A stretch of 64,000 nucleotides of DNA, taken from sequence record NC_027364.1. One strand, written 5' to 3'. The notes beneath the pieces were generated by a model. It had not been told where the DNA came from and did no database searches. It saw nothing but the letters and a program-made list of their open reading frames with translations. Shown here one piece after another: positions 48,020 to 58,444 of this stretch (position 1 is its first letter; each line of letters begins with the position of its first letter). The translations under genes were made by a program, and so were the position numbers.

Positions 48020-50749
48020 TTATTTCCAACGTGTACCTGGACCTGATGGTACACCAGTACTGGCAGGTATCGCTGAACCACGTTTCGTTGTACTTGGACG
48101 ATATGTCAAAAAACGAGTTACTTTTTCTGTATCAATTGAAGTTATTCCTGAAGTTCCAGTAACTATCTTACCAATGTAAGTGCTAGTTAAAGATTCATCA
48201 ATTGTTTCAGTACTAATAACATATGACGCTTTCTTAGTATTCCTGTTCATTTGTATATACAAATAGAACGTAGTATTAGCTGGATTACTTTTTACAGTAC
48301 TTAAATCAACACTTTGTATAGGTAGTCTGTCGAAAATTCCACCTAAAAACACCGGAACTTCACGTGTAAAGTACACTGAGAATCCTTGTGCAACGTCTTG
48401 TGATACTACCACAATCTTTTCTTTAACGCTACCATTTCCGCTAATTAAACCATCCATTTCAGCAGATGTTGTACCAAAAACGCTGAATACAGATTTGGTT
48501 TGATAGTCAGAATCTTGAAAATTGTAATATCCAAAACCAACACCAGGAATAACACCATGTTGATATGCTGCACCAAGTTGGATGTAACTAGATGATAAAA
48601 AACGATTTGATGTTATGACACCATCTACTGTTTTAGCTATCATCATCTTAAATTGTGCATTACCTGGTTGTGAAAATTGATGAACAGCATCAACACCAAT
48701 GTAACCAAATCCTGAATATTTTGCAACTGTTAGACCAGTACAACGTTTCATATATGCTTCAGTAATAATTCCTGTAACAGAACTCAGTGTTTCATATCTA
48801 GTACTCACCAATGTAGCTGAAGTTATGTTAGTTCCAGATAATACAACATCAACTTCGGCATAGATTGCATAACCTTGGTTATTGTTAAGATTATATGCTG
48901 AAACTACTGCGATGGATTTAGAAAAAGTATTATCAGGTACATAATATAATACAATTTGTCCAGATAGTGTACCAACAATGCCAGAGTTTCCTATATTAGC
49001 AAAAATATCTTGTTTTAATGATTCTAATACCGTTGGTTCTATTGTATATGTTTCATCAAATTCTAAAGTATCTGGATTTAATAATCCACCACTTGTTTTA
49101 TATACACCTTCAATGAATGATGTTCCATAGCATCTAACACTACCATCGGTATCAACAAGAGAAATCATAGCAGTGTATGTAAAATCATCGCCTATTTGTT
49201 TACGATTAGATTGTGGTGCAAAACCATTTAATGTAGTATTATTTTGAACTGAGTTATATTGATATGTTGGTTGTGAACCTATTTCAGAAAAAACAGTATT
49301 ATTATAATTATATGTTACATCATCATACGTACCAGAACATGCTAATAATATTTTTCTATTATCGATGAAACGTACACCTAAAAGGTTTGCACCAACAGCA
49401 CTACCAAAAACTGGTAAAACGTTTGCATTTATAACGTTACTTGCGGTTCTAGTACTGGCAACCCATGAATCAAACGGTGTACCACTAACCTTATATCGTT
49501 GTAGACCATAAAATTCAGTTGAACTCCATCTAAATTTAGATGCAAATACCAAACCATCTTTAGTTTGACATAAACCACCTGCGTTTCCTAATACACCAGC
49601 AGCAGTTGTCCCTGTGAAGTTGACCATATCAATTTCAAATGGGTTAGAAACTTGAAATCCATTATTATATGAAACAGTTGCAGGTGCACGAGCACTACCA
49701 TCTAGTGACATAGATTTTGAGTTTATATTATAAACAAAACTGATTCCAGTACCATAAACTGTTGAAATATACAAAGGTGTAACCATTCGATGTGTTGGAT
49801 ATAAAGTTACACGTATTTTTGATAAATCAGGACTAACGTTGGCTTGAATGTTAAAGTCTGTATAGTCTGAAAATTCTACACGTGATACTGGTGATGTAAC
49901 TTCGAATAATGAATCCGAGCTAGTACCAACACTATATAATTTATCGAACACTCTTATGTTATTAGATGCAGAATAACTTGTGTTTCGAACAGTTTGACCT
50001 GATAACCCAGTAACTTTTGTTAATGATGCCATTGAGCTTGCTTTCACATCACTTAGCTCTACTGTATAAATTGAAAGTGCTAATCCTAAATTAGAAACAC
50101 TTTTATCTTTACACCAAATATAAACCTTTGTCCCAACAATATGTGTATATATTGGCATATCATTACCAAAAGAAGTACTTGGCACTTTAGCATGAATATG
50201 TGATATTTCGTTAAATGTGCCATTGGTTATAGTAAAAATATAATTATCTTCAGTACTTAAACATCCAAGCATCTCATAACCATTAGAGCCAATAAAATAC
50301 TTAATATTTTCAGTACTACTCATAATTGAAGGTTTATACATTGAATTGGTTGAAATAACACTTTCTTGTGAAATCATAGTTATATTTCGGAGTTCTCGTA
50401 TAAATGAATAATAAAAACCTTTAGTACTACCATTGGTTCCGCTACGCAGAACAACGGCGGTTCCATCATCTTCAATAATTGTTGGCTGAACTACTTGGTC
50501 ACTTGACATAGGTGTAGCACCTTCATACGACCCACTTACGTTTAATGGTAAGTAATCCATTTCTCCTACACGTGATATAGGCAACATATCTAAAATACTT
50601 TGAACTTCTGAACGCTTATATATTGGATATTGAACAATTCCAGTATTGGCATCCGGTGAGGTTCCATTAAAAGTACGCATAGCGTACCTTTGTCCAATTG
50701 CCAAGTTCCCAAGGATCTCGGCACTTCCTATAATTCGTTTTGATGACAT
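48020..50749 (-). CDS. Large beta-rich virion protein (paralogue of 51365..54061); likely start MSSKR at 50749
   Basis: Shares YLP..VSG...GA, EDDGT.V.LRSGTNGS..G.(F/Y)YS and the VVSQDVAQGF.VYFT...C-terminal domain. Confidence 0.7.
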   Translation of the reverse strand: MSSKRIIGSAEILGNLAIGQRYAMRTFNGTSPDANTGIVQYPIYKRSEVQSILDMLPISRVGEMDYLPLNVSGSYEGATPMSSDQVVQPTIIEDDGTAVVLRSGTNGSTKGFYYSFIRELRNITMISQESVISTNSMYKPSIMSSTENIKYFIGSNGYEMLGCLSTEDNYIFTITNGTFNEISHIHAKVPSTSFGNDMPIYTHIVGTKVYIWCKDKSVSNLGLALSIYTVELSDVKASSMASLTKVTGLSGQTVRNTSYSASNNIRVFDKLYSVGTSSDSLFEVTSPVSRVEFSDYTDFNIQANVSPDLSKIRVTLYPTHRMVTPLYISTVYGTGISFVYNINSKSMSLDGSARAPATVSYNNGFQVSNPFEIDMVNFTGTTAAGVLGNAGGLCQTKDGLVFASKFRWSSTEFYGLQRYKVSGTPFDSWVASTRTASNVINANVLPVFGSAVGANLLGVRFIDNRKILLACSGTYDDVTYNYNNTVFSEIGSQPTYQYNSVQNNTTLNGFAPQSNRKQIGDDFTYTAMISLVDTDGSVRCYGTSFIEGVYKTSGGLLNPDTLEFDETYTIEPTVLESLKQDIFANIGNSGIVGTLSGQIVLYYVPDNTFSKSIAVVSAYNLNNNQGYAIYAEVDVVLSGTNITSATLVSTRYETLSSVTGIITEAYMKRCTGLTVAKYSGFGYIGVDAVHQFSQPGNAQFKMMIAKTVDGVITSNRFLSSSYIQLGAAYQHGVIPGVGFGYYNFQDSDYQTKSVFSVFGTTSAEMDGLISGNGSVKEKIVVVSQDVAQGFSVYFTREVPVFLGGIFDRLPIQSVDLSTVKSNPANTTFYLYIQMNRNTKKASYVISTETIDESLTSTYIGKIVTGTSGITSIDTEKVTRFLTYRPSTTKRGSAIPASTGVPSGPGTRWK

Positions 50750-50765
50750 CTTTCTTTTCCTTAAT

Positions 50766-51353
50766 TTACCAACCAATTGTACCAGTTTCTGATGGTTTTC
50801 CAGTACTGACTGGGAATGAAGAACCTTTTTGTGTAACACTAGGTCTATATGTACTAAATCTGGATACTTTATTAATGTTTATATTTGTAATACCACTTGT
50901 ACCAACGGTCAGTGTTCCAATAAACATTATAATTTCAGATTCTTGTATTTGTGTTGGTGATATTTTATAAATTGGTTCACCGAGAACTAACGTTGCATAT
51001 ACGTATTGTGTTTGTGTTCCAGATGAAACAGTTGAAGCAAAAATAGAAACTGCTGGAAATTTATAAAGATAACCACCAATAAATGATGGTATCTGTCTAT
51101 TAAATGTAAGACTATAGCCTGATGAAGTAATATTTAGACTAGCGTCATCATACAATTCTCCGTATTGTGTAAGTGGTAATCCATTGACAATAAAGTTAAC
51201 TTCATCTTTGGTAATAGAGGGGAATGTACATTCCCCATTTGAATTTGTTGGGTAATAAGTCATATTATTACCTAATACACCAAGACCAGTACTTTTACCC
51301 TGAACTGTAACTTGTTGCATTGCCTTAAGGTCTGCTCTTATTTTATATGCCAT
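50766..51353 (-). CDS. Short virion protein consisting mostly of the shared C-terminal domain
   Basis: ...KVSRFSTYRPSVTQKGSSFPVSTGKPSETGTIGW. Confidence 0.7.
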   Translation of the reverse strand: MAYKIRADLKAMQQVTVQGKSTGLGVLGNNMTYYPTNSNGECTFPSITKDEVNFIVNGLPLTQYGELYDDASLNITSSGYSLTFNRQIPSFIGGYLYKFPAVSIFASTVSSGTQTQYVYATLVLGEPIYKISPTQIQESEIIMFIGTLTVGTSGITNININKVSRFSTYRPSVTQKGSSFPVSTGKPSETGTIGW

Positions 51354-51364
51354 TATGTAATCCT

Positions 51365-54061
51365 TTACCAGTTTATGGTTCCTGTTTGTGATGGTAGACC
51401 GTAGCTAACTGGGAACGATGAACCTGCTGATTCAAGTGAAGCACCAAATATATCTAAACGGGAACGTTTTTGTATATTAATTGTTTCGATTTGAATTGCA
51501 TTAGTTTGAATTGTACCTATCCAAAAAATATTATATGCAGTTGTTCCTGTTTCAGAAATAACATCAGTAGTTATGTAATAGTTTGCCAATCCTTGTTCCA
51601 ATTTAACATATACATAAAATGTTGTATTTGCTGGATTAGACTTAATAGTTCTCAAATCAATATTTGAAACTGGTAGTGAAAATGACTTACCTGAAAGAAT
51701 AACTGGTGTTTCCTCTGTAAAATATACAATAAACCCTTGAGCAACGTCCTGGGATACTACGTTAATTGGGCTACCTTGTGCAGTCCAGTTATTATAGTCT
51801 GCAATCGTTGTTCCATATTTTTTGAATGTCATTTTATTTGAGTAATCAATTGGTTCAAAAATTCCAAAACCAATACCAGGTAATGCTGCTGGTTGACTTC
51901 CTTGTTCATAACTGGCATGAGATCCAGTAATTATAAAACTTGTAAATTGTGCAGTTGATTTAGTTACATATGCTCTAAATTGATGAGTTGCAGTATTACC
52001 TATTGTTGGATGTGATAATGGGTCAGAACCACCAATGAAGTAGAATGAACCACCATCATATATTGTCAAACCAACAGAAGAAGATGCAATCGAACCATTC
52101 CCAGTTGGTGTAAAGTTATCACCATACGTATTCTCAAGTACTAAACGCTTAAATGTAATAGATGTAATATTACCAACTCTAGTATTGACATTAACTTCAG
52201 CAATTCTAATATAGTTTCTATAATCATTAGTAATTGTACTCAACATAACAAAAGCTGGAATGTCTGTTTGTTGTGGAACAAATAGTGTCATATCACGGTA
52301 TGCTTGTGCTGATAAATTCCAATCACTTAGAACTTTGGCATATTCAGTATTTCTAAAATTGTCCAGTACTGATTGTGTAACGCTTATAATTCCTGTGCCA
52401 TTTAAGTTTTTATCATAGGATAATGATTGTGAATAACGTTGCCCAACCATAAAAATACCACCATTGGTTGTGACAGTTGACCCAGAAATACTACTAATAA
52501 AAATTCTATTATTTGCATTATCATCAACATTAGCACGTTCAACTGTAGGTTCATAACCTTGTATTGTTCCTAAAGATAATGATTTAAATGTAAAATTAGG
52601 AGTACTTTTATGAACTGCATATGATGGTCTAAATCCACCACTACCTGATGCACGTGAATATTGTTTAGTACTGTTATCTGGTAGTAATTCTACACCATTA
52701 ATAAATGAACCAACCGCTGAACCAAAAGACGGGCGAACTATACCACCTTTGAAGTCAGTAGAAAGTACAGCACGGACATTCAGCATACTATAAACTATTT
52801 GAATAGGAAACTTAGCTTTTTGCATAAGTAATGGTTCTGCTAAGTTTGGACATGCAGTACAAAAAGCTTCACCAGAATTCAAATAAAAATATGAACTATA
52901 AATGTTTCTTGCATTTGCATGGTTATACAATGGATCGTTATTTAAAACGTTACCAGTAGGAACTAATGCCGAACCAGTATTAGTTATAACTAATGGTGCT
53001 TGATATGAACCAATATCGTTACCTGCATCTAATGTACATTGTTTAGTACTCATATTGAACACAAAACTGTAACTATGCTGTGGACGTGTATTATATGTTG
53101 CCATTGTAAACCAAGCATCCCCGTTCATTCTAAAGCGGAAATTCTGCGTTCCTGGCTGCTGTGCAACATATAAATCAATTGATGTCATGTAAATCCCAAT
53201 ACCACGTAGATTTTGTGGAACATACACATAAGGTTTATCAGCAATATTTGTTGATGTTACCTGATTAGTAATAACCATATTATTTTGTGCAGAATATGTC
53301 GTGTTATAAAATGTTTTAGTAGTCCATCCAGTAATTCGAGTTGCAGTATAAGTACCATTGCTTATATTATAAACAACTTTAACAACAACTAATTGTAGTT
53401 GGTTATTTTCATTAAGTACGTTAAAAACATATATAGAACCATCTTCTGCCATCATAGCATATTCAATACCACCTTCAGGTGATATATCTGCTTGGTTAAC
53501 GAAAAAACCAGTATGCAATTTATCATCTAATGTACCATTGGTAATTGATATGAACAAACCATTAGTACTGTTAGAAGTATCAATATATCTACCGAGTAAA
53601 ATATTTGGATCAGTATTGTATAAACCAATCGCAACTCTATTTGAACCAAAAAACCCAGGCTTGTATTGACGACTAGTGTTAATTGTACGGCTCATGTCAT
53701 CAACTGATAATGCGTTAGCCAAATATGAATAAAATAATCCCTCAACACTACCGTTTGTCCCACTACGTAAAAGTACTAGTGTACCATCGTTTTCTAATAA
53801 AATTTTATTTCTACGTTGTGACTGGTTTTCTGATGCACCATTGAAATCCCCAGAAACACCCGCAGGTAGATAGTTTTGTGAACCATAATGGGAGATTGGC
53901 ATCATACTTACTATATCTAGTACTTCATCTCTGGAATAAGTATCTAATTCCAAGTTACCGTTGGAATCAAAAACTTGTTCATTTATTCCTTGAATTGTTC
54001 TTTTACCATTAACTGTCACATTATGTGTGACATCTAAGCCACCATATATTTTCTTTGACAT
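51365..54061 (-). CDS. Large beta-rich virion protein
   Basis: Same conserved blocks as 48020..50749; perfect TATAAATA upstream. Confidence 0.7.
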   Translation of the reverse strand: MSKKIYGGLDVTHNVTVNGKRTIQGINEQVFDSNGNLELDTYSRDEVLDIVSMMPISHYGSQNYLPAGVSGDFNGASENQSQRRNKILLENDGTLVLLRSGTNGSVEGLFYSYLANALSVDDMSRTINTSRQYKPGFFGSNRVAIGLYNTDPNILLGRYIDTSNSTNGLFISITNGTLDDKLHTGFFVNQADISPEGGIEYAMMAEDGSIYVFNVLNENNQLQLVVVKVVYNISNGTYTATRITGWTTKTFYNTTYSAQNNMVITNQVTSTNIADKPYVYVPQNLRGIGIYMTSIDLYVAQQPGTQNFRFRMNGDAWFTMATYNTRPQHSYSFVFNMSTKQCTLDAGNDIGSYQAPLVITNTGSALVPTGNVLNNDPLYNHANARNIYSSYFYLNSGEAFCTACPNLAEPLLMQKAKFPIQIVYSMLNVRAVLSTDFKGGIVRPSFGSAVGSFINGVELLPDNSTKQYSRASGSGGFRPSYAVHKSTPNFTFKSLSLGTIQGYEPTVERANVDDNANNRIFISSISGSTVTTNGGIFMVGQRYSQSLSYDKNLNGTGIISVTQSVLDNFRNTEYAKVLSDWNLSAQAYRDMTLFVPQQTDIPAFVMLSTITNDYRNYIRIAEVNVNTRVGNITSITFKRLVLENTYGDNFTPTGNGSIASSSVGLTIYDGGSFYFIGGSDPLSHPTIGNTATHQFRAYVTKSTAQFTSFIITGSHASYEQGSQPAALPGIGFGIFEPIDYSNKMTFKKYGTTIADYNNWTAQGSPINVVSQDVAQGFIVYFTEETPVILSGKSFSLPVSNIDLRTIKSNPANTTFYVYVKLEQGLANYYITTDVISETGTTAYNIFWIGTIQTNAIQIETINIQKRSRLDIFGASLESAGSSFPVSYGLPSQTGTINW

Positions 54062-54095
54062 TATATATCCCTTATAAATTAGATATTAGTTAATG

Positions 54096-54103
54096 TATTT
54101 ATA
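54096..54103 (-). promoter_or_regulatory. T4-type late promoter TATAAATA
   Basis: Exact motif 35 bp upstream of the structural gene start; related (C/A)TAAATA motifs precede other structural genes (about 19010, 22865, 24720, 44675). Confidence 0.65.
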
Positions 54104-54111
54104 TACATAAT

Positions 54112-54134
54112 AAAAAAGCACCCAACGGGTGCTT
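54112..54134 (-). terminator. Terminator after nrdG
   Basis: aagcaccc/gggtgctt plus T tract. Confidence 0.75.
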
Positions 54135-54137
54135 ATG

Positions 54138-54608
54138 CTAAAAATCTTTATTTTTATATAGTATTCTTTGATTATTTGAACCACGGAAAGGTAATTTTAA
54201 ATTCTTTTCGGACTCAATAAATTTACCATCAACTAATACATCTAAGTACTGAAGTATATCTTTAGCATGATTTTTCATAATCTCATCTAAAGTATACCCA
54301 CTCCAGCACCAAATAGTTTTACTAGGATAAGTTTTTTTAACTACTTTGCATAGATTTAAAACTTCATCTATATTCTTTTTCATTAATGGATCGCCGCCTA
54401 GAAGTGACAAACCACTAACATATGGTTTTTTTAGTTCCTGTAGTATAATCTCAACTGTTTCAGTACTGAACAATTGACCACTTCTGTAATCCCATGCTTC
54501 TTCATTGAAGCAACCATCACATCCGTGCGAACACCCACTAACAAATAAAGAGCAGCGAACGCCCTCTCCATTTACTAAATCATCCTTGATTATCGTCTGG
54601 TAATTCAT
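54138..54608 (-). CDS. nrdG: Anaerobic ribonucleotide reductase activase
   Basis: NGEGVRCSLFVSGCSHGCDGCFN radical SAM motif, LLGGDP, DVLVDGKF, FRGSNNQR. Confidence 0.96.
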   Translation of the reverse strand: MNYQTIIKDDLVNGEGVRCSLFVSGCSHGCDGCFNEEAWDYRSGQLFSTETVEIILQELKKPYVSGLSLLGGDPLMKKNIDEVLNLCKVVKKTYPSKTIWCWSGYTLDEIMKNHAKDILQYLDVLVDGKFIESEKNLKLPFRGSNNQRILYKNKDF

Positions 54609-54912
54609 CTAATATTGCACTCACTATTTCGACAAGAACATCGCCGTGACATGATTTTGGTTTACAGAAACAACCAAGGCGTTTCCCTGCGAGTTCAAGT
54701 AATTCATCAATCTTAACTTCTCCACAAGAAATACGTTCAATAATGTATTCTCTGAATTTTTCAATTGATTCTTCTCTTGTACTAACAATGAACTCGGCTT
54801 TGGTTTGTTTATCTTTAATATGGGTAAATGGGTTTCCCCATTTAGACCCACGTCCAATATACACATCATACGGTTCTTTGTATTTGTTAACCACAATTGG
54901 CTTTAAATCCAT
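54580..54912 (-). CDS. DUF4326 family protein
   Basis: YDVYIGRGSKWGNPF ... LGCFCKPKSCHGDVL. Confidence 0.88.
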   Translation of the reverse strand: MDLKPIVVNKYKEPYDVYIGRGSKWGNPFTHIKDKQTKAEFIVSTREESIEKFREYIIERISCGEVKIDELLELAGKRLGCFCKPKSCHGDVLVEIVSAILDELPDDNQG

Positions 54913-54920
54913 AATTTACC

Positions 54921-56726
54921 TTATTTGTGCTGAATACGCTCGCAACACTCTTGTTGCTTGCCTTTATTGAAGCCACGCGAAGAAGGATTACCCAAGTACC
55001 CAGAAACACGACGAATCACTGAGATTGTCTTCTCATTACGATTATCACATACAGGACAGTGGAAACCATGTTTATCGACACTGAACTCACCCTGGAAGCC
55101 ACATTCATAACAATGGTCAACTGGTTGGTTAATACCAAAATATGGTATCTTAGTGTACGCATAGTTAACTAATGTTTCAAGTGCTTGAATGTTGTTTGCT
55201 AAGTTTGGAGATTCAACATAACTGATGTTTCCACCGTTACTTAGGTAAGCAAACCCTTCTTCATAACTCCATTTATCAAATGGAGAACTTTCTACCCATA
55301 CTGGTTGATGGAAGGAATTTGTGATGTAATCACGTTTTAGTACTGAAGGATATTTTGCTTCAATGCAACGTGCAAATTTATAACAAAGCGACTCTGCTGG
55401 AGTTCCATATAGACTAAAAGCAATATTACTTTCTTTTTTGAACTCATCACATTTTACTTTCATATAATTCAGTACTGACATACAAAACTCCTTACTGATA
55501 GATCCAGTGAGGATTTCTGAACATTCAACAAGACCAACATAACCAATACTAATACTAGCATAACCATTGTAAAATAGCTTGTCAATCGTTTCTTCTGCTC
55601 CTAAACGTGCTAATGCACCTTCCATGAACAAAATTGGATTCTGCTTCGCTTTAGTGCCTTTTAAACGCTCCACACGGTTCATCTGAGCACGATATGCAAT
55701 ATTCATGTGCTCGTCTATCTTATCAAAAAACTCTCCATCAGAAGCACTCTCAAGAGCAATTAGGGGTAAATTGATAGAAACCACACCTAAATTGAAACGA
55801 CCGTTGTATTGTTCATTTCCATTTGAATCTTCCCATTTTCCTAAGAATGAACGACAGCCCATCGGTGTTACAGCAGTACTACTACTTCCGGTCACTTTAT
55901 GATTTAATGGTACTGAAACAAAATCTGGATAGATTCTTTTTGATGCACAACGCATAGCTAACTGTTTAAGGTCATAATTGCTATCATTTGCATTCATGTT
56001 TATACCATCTTGTAAAAAGAAAATTACTTTAGGAAACACTGGAGTAATCTTATCTTTACCTAAACCATTCTCATGAACTTTTAAGTACTGTTCAGTGATT
56101 AATTTACCAAATTTAGAAGTATTAAGCCCTAAACTAAGAGAAATGAATGCAGCTTGTCCATTAGTGCTAATCATTGAATTAGTCTGGTAAAGTAATGTTT
56201 GACATCCATCGTATACTTCTTTTCGTAATTCTTCTTCAATGAACTCATCACTTAGATTATATTTCTTTTGTTTTTCTAACAGCTTATCCCATGACTTTTG
56301 AACGTAAGGTTCTAAACCGACATCAATGTGAGCCAACGATTGACCGCCGTATTGGGAACTAGCTACAGCTTGTACAATCTGTGTTAGTACTGTACATGCT
56401 ACACTAAAACTTTTTGGTTCTTCAATTTTAGCACAACCAATTGTAAAACCATTTTTAAGCATATCTGGATAGTTAACTAAACAACAGTTTGTTAATGGAC
56501 TAATATAGTAATCTAAGTCATGAATATGACCATAACCATCATTATGCCATTGCATTAACTCGGTTGGAATAACATCTTGTGAATAATGCTTAGATAGGAT
56601 ACCAGCTAGTAAATCTCTGTGTGTGTTGACGCACTTTGCATCTTTATTTGCATTTTCATTTGTAAGATCAGTATTACTCTGATTTAGGAAATTCGTTACG
56701 TCAGTATATAATTTATCTAATTGCAT
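54921..56726 (-). CDS. nrdD: Anaerobic (class III) ribonucleoside-triphosphate reductase, no ATP cone
   Basis: IHDLDY, NCCLV, MGCRSFL, GRFNLGVVSINLP, YGTPAESLC, CxxC...CxxC, RRVSGYLG glycyl radical loop. Likely start MQLDK at 56726 (AAGGA SD). Confidence 0.96.
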   Translation of the reverse strand: MQLDKLYTDVTNFLNQSNTDLTNENANKDAKCVNTHRDLLAGILSKHYSQDVIPTELMQWHNDGYGHIHDLDYYISPLTNCCLVNYPDMLKNGFTIGCAKIEEPKSFSVACTVLTQIVQAVASSQYGGQSLAHIDVGLEPYVQKSWDKLLEKQKKYNLSDEFIEEELRKEVYDGCQTLLYQTNSMISTNGQAAFISLSLGLNTSKFGKLITEQYLKVHENGLGKDKITPVFPKVIFFLQDGINMNANDSNYDLKQLAMRCASKRIYPDFVSVPLNHKVTGSSSTAVTPMGCRSFLGKWEDSNGNEQYNGRFNLGVVSINLPLIALESASDGEFFDKIDEHMNIAYRAQMNRVERLKGTKAKQNPILFMEGALARLGAEETIDKLFYNGYASISIGYVGLVECSEILTGSISKEFCMSVLNYMKVKCDEFKKESNIAFSLYGTPAESLCYKFARCIEAKYPSVLKRDYITNSFHQPVWVESSPFDKWSYEEGFAYLSNGGNISYVESPNLANNIQALETLVNYAYTKIPYFGINQPVDHCYECGFQGEFSVDKHGFHCPVCDNRNEKTISVIRRVSGYLGNPSSRGFNKGKQQECCERIQHK

Positions 56727-56864
56727 TTTACATTCCTTGTATTTTGAAATCATCTGGGGGTGAAGATATTTAATATCACCAGACAACATTATAGCGTCAG
56801 AACAGGTTATTTCTCTTGACCTATATCAAGGAAAAGTGACATTGCTTTTAATTTGCACAAATAG

Positions 56865-56887
56865 AAAAAGCACCACTAGGGTGCTTT
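56865..56887 (-). terminator. Rho-independent terminator
   Basis: aaagcacc/ggtgcttt plus T tract. Confidence 0.65.
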
Positions 56888-57002
56888 AAAGTACTGCTAA
56901 TATAACAACTGCCCAAATTAACAGTAATACATTGGTTGGTGCGGAAAAAAGCATATATGCAGCAATTGCACTACAACCTATGACAAGTTTAGCTAGTCTC
57001 AT
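56886..57002 (-). CDS. Small hydrophobic protein (38 aa, not in the ORF track)
   Basis: MRLAKLVIGCSAIAAYMLFSAPTNVLLLIWAVVILAVL*. Confidence 0.5.
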   Translation of the reverse strand: MRLAKLVIGCSAIAAYMLFSAPTNVLLLIWAVVILAVL

Positions 57003-57174
57003 CTGGACTCCATGTAATAGTCACTGTGAACGTCCCTTCCTGAAAACCAAACTCATCTTGTGGGATTTGTTCAGCTAATGGGTTAAATCTTGAATCGAAG
57101 GCTTCATGTACGTCTCTTTGAATATCATAGAGACTTTCACCATCGTATTCTTTTTTGAAGATTTCATTCTGCAT
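56989..57174 (-). CDS. Conserved small phage protein
   Basis: YDGESLYDIQRDVHEAFD...IPQDEFGF..GTFTVTITW. Confidence 0.7.
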   Translation of the reverse strand: MQNEIFKKEYDGESLYDIQRDVHEAFDSRFNPLAEQIPQDEFGFQEGTFTVTITWSPDETS

Positions 57175-57574
57175 TTAAACGTAACGACCCTCGGATTGTA
57201 TCTGGATAATTATCTAATAGATCGATTAGTCTATTAAATGTATGAGTACTGATGAATGGATGTTTCTTAGCTAGTTCAATGCGTTTTTCAAAATCCATTA
57301 TTGTAATCTCGGTTCTATTGAAACTACCTTTACGTCTGTACGTTAGTAAACGCTCTTTATGTCCATCAAGCTGGAAATCAAAATATGTTGTTGCATTATA
57401 ATCACTATCATCACTGATAGGCTTTGAAAGATCCAGATTATACGTAGTTCCAATCGCAAAAAAGTATCCACCATCTTCCAATGGAATATCTTTGTCGCTT
57501 AGATTGAAATCTGTTTCATCACCTAGTATATCAAATATCTTGATACTTAGTGACATAAATTCATCAGCTAACAT
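57164..57574 (-). CDS. Hypothetical protein
   Basis: 136-aa ORF. Confidence 0.7.
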   Translation of the reverse strand: MLADEFMSLSIKIFDILGDETDFNLSDKDIPLEDGGYFFAIGTTYNLDLSKPISDDSDYNATTYFDFQLDGHKERLLTYRRKGSFNRTEITIMDFEKRIELAKKHPFISTHTFNRLIDLLDNYPDTIRGSLRLNAE

Positions 57575-57585
57575 TTCTTTTTACC

Positions 57586-57804
57586 TTATTTGATAACTCT
57601 ACAGTAGTACTGAATAATGTAAGGAAATAAAGGATTATTTACGTATGTTGCAAAATTAGCTATTGTAACTTTTTTATAGTACGAGTTGTGAATTGTTATA
57701 ATAGTGTGGGGATCTATTGATTCTCTATTAGAGAGTTCAACAAAACGTCCACACTTCATATAAGCCTTACCATAATAATCGTAAATTATCTCGTATTTTT
57801 CCAT
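57586..57804 (-). CDS. Hypothetical protein
   Basis: 72-aa ORF. Confidence 0.6.
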   Translation of the reverse strand: MEKYEIIYDYYGKAYMKCGRFVELSNRESIDPHTIITIHNSYYKKVTIANFATYVNNPLFPYIIQYYCRVIK

Positions 57805-58164
57805 TTATTCAGGATCTTTATTTTTATCAACTGTGTTGTTTTTATTCAAATCAATTTGCAAAGCCATTGCAGCTTCAGCATTTTCTTCATGTGTGCCATT
57901 GAATTTATACCCATTCTTGATGAGATTAACGGTGTAGTACTTATTATAAAGAAATGCCCAAACGATCATCGCAATAGTACCTACAATCCAAAAAGACACT
58001 GCGTTTAGGATGAAGTAAATTACAAATGCACCAATGAACGTAATAAAGTCACCACGGAACAATGCAGGGAAAGGTCCAAAAAATAATGTAGTCCAAGAAA
58101 AACCAAAGAAACCATCTTTGCGTTGTCCTACATTTTCATTTTTTAAAGAAATTGTTTTAGCCAT
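57805..58164 (-). CDS. Membrane protein (GFSWTTLFFG family)
   Basis: AGGAG SD before ATG 58164; GFSWTTLFFGPFPALFRGD, YNKYY...L...GY. Confidence 0.75.
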   Translation of the reverse strand: MAKTISLKNENVGQRKDGFFGFSWTTLFFGPFPALFRGDFITFIGAFVIYFILNAVSFWIVGTIAMIVWAFLYNKYYTVNLIKNGYKFNGTHEENAEAAMALQIDLNKNNTVDKNKDPE

Positions 58165-58174
58165 TTTTAATCTC

Positions 58175-58444
58175 CTACTTTTTATTTGGGTTTGGTATAC
58201 AGTACACAAATACTAAATGATTAAAATGTTCTGTATTCGCATACTTTGCTAAGTCGGTTATGAGGAAGTTTGTATCTTTAAATCTGCCATCATTGTATGT
58301 TGTGATTTGAAAACGTAGTTCAGGTGCAAAAATATAATAATAGAATATATCATTTACACACCCAACAGTATGCTTAGCATATCTTTCAATTTTCATGTGT
58401 GGATAATCTCTTTCACCCCATATTCTTTTATTGCTAATGAGCAA
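58175..58444 (-). CDS. Hypothetical protein (start probably MKIERY)
   Basis: ORF track. Confidence 0.55.
   Translation of the reverse strand: MLISNKRIWGERDYPHMKIERYAKHTVGCVNDIFYYYIFAPELRFQITTYNDGRFKDTNFLITDLAKYANTEHFNHLVFVYCIPNPNKK

Noticed and set aside
54921-56726. NrdD lacking the ATP cone as a novelty
   Set aside because: T4 NrdD also lacks it, so this is expected for phage class III RNR.
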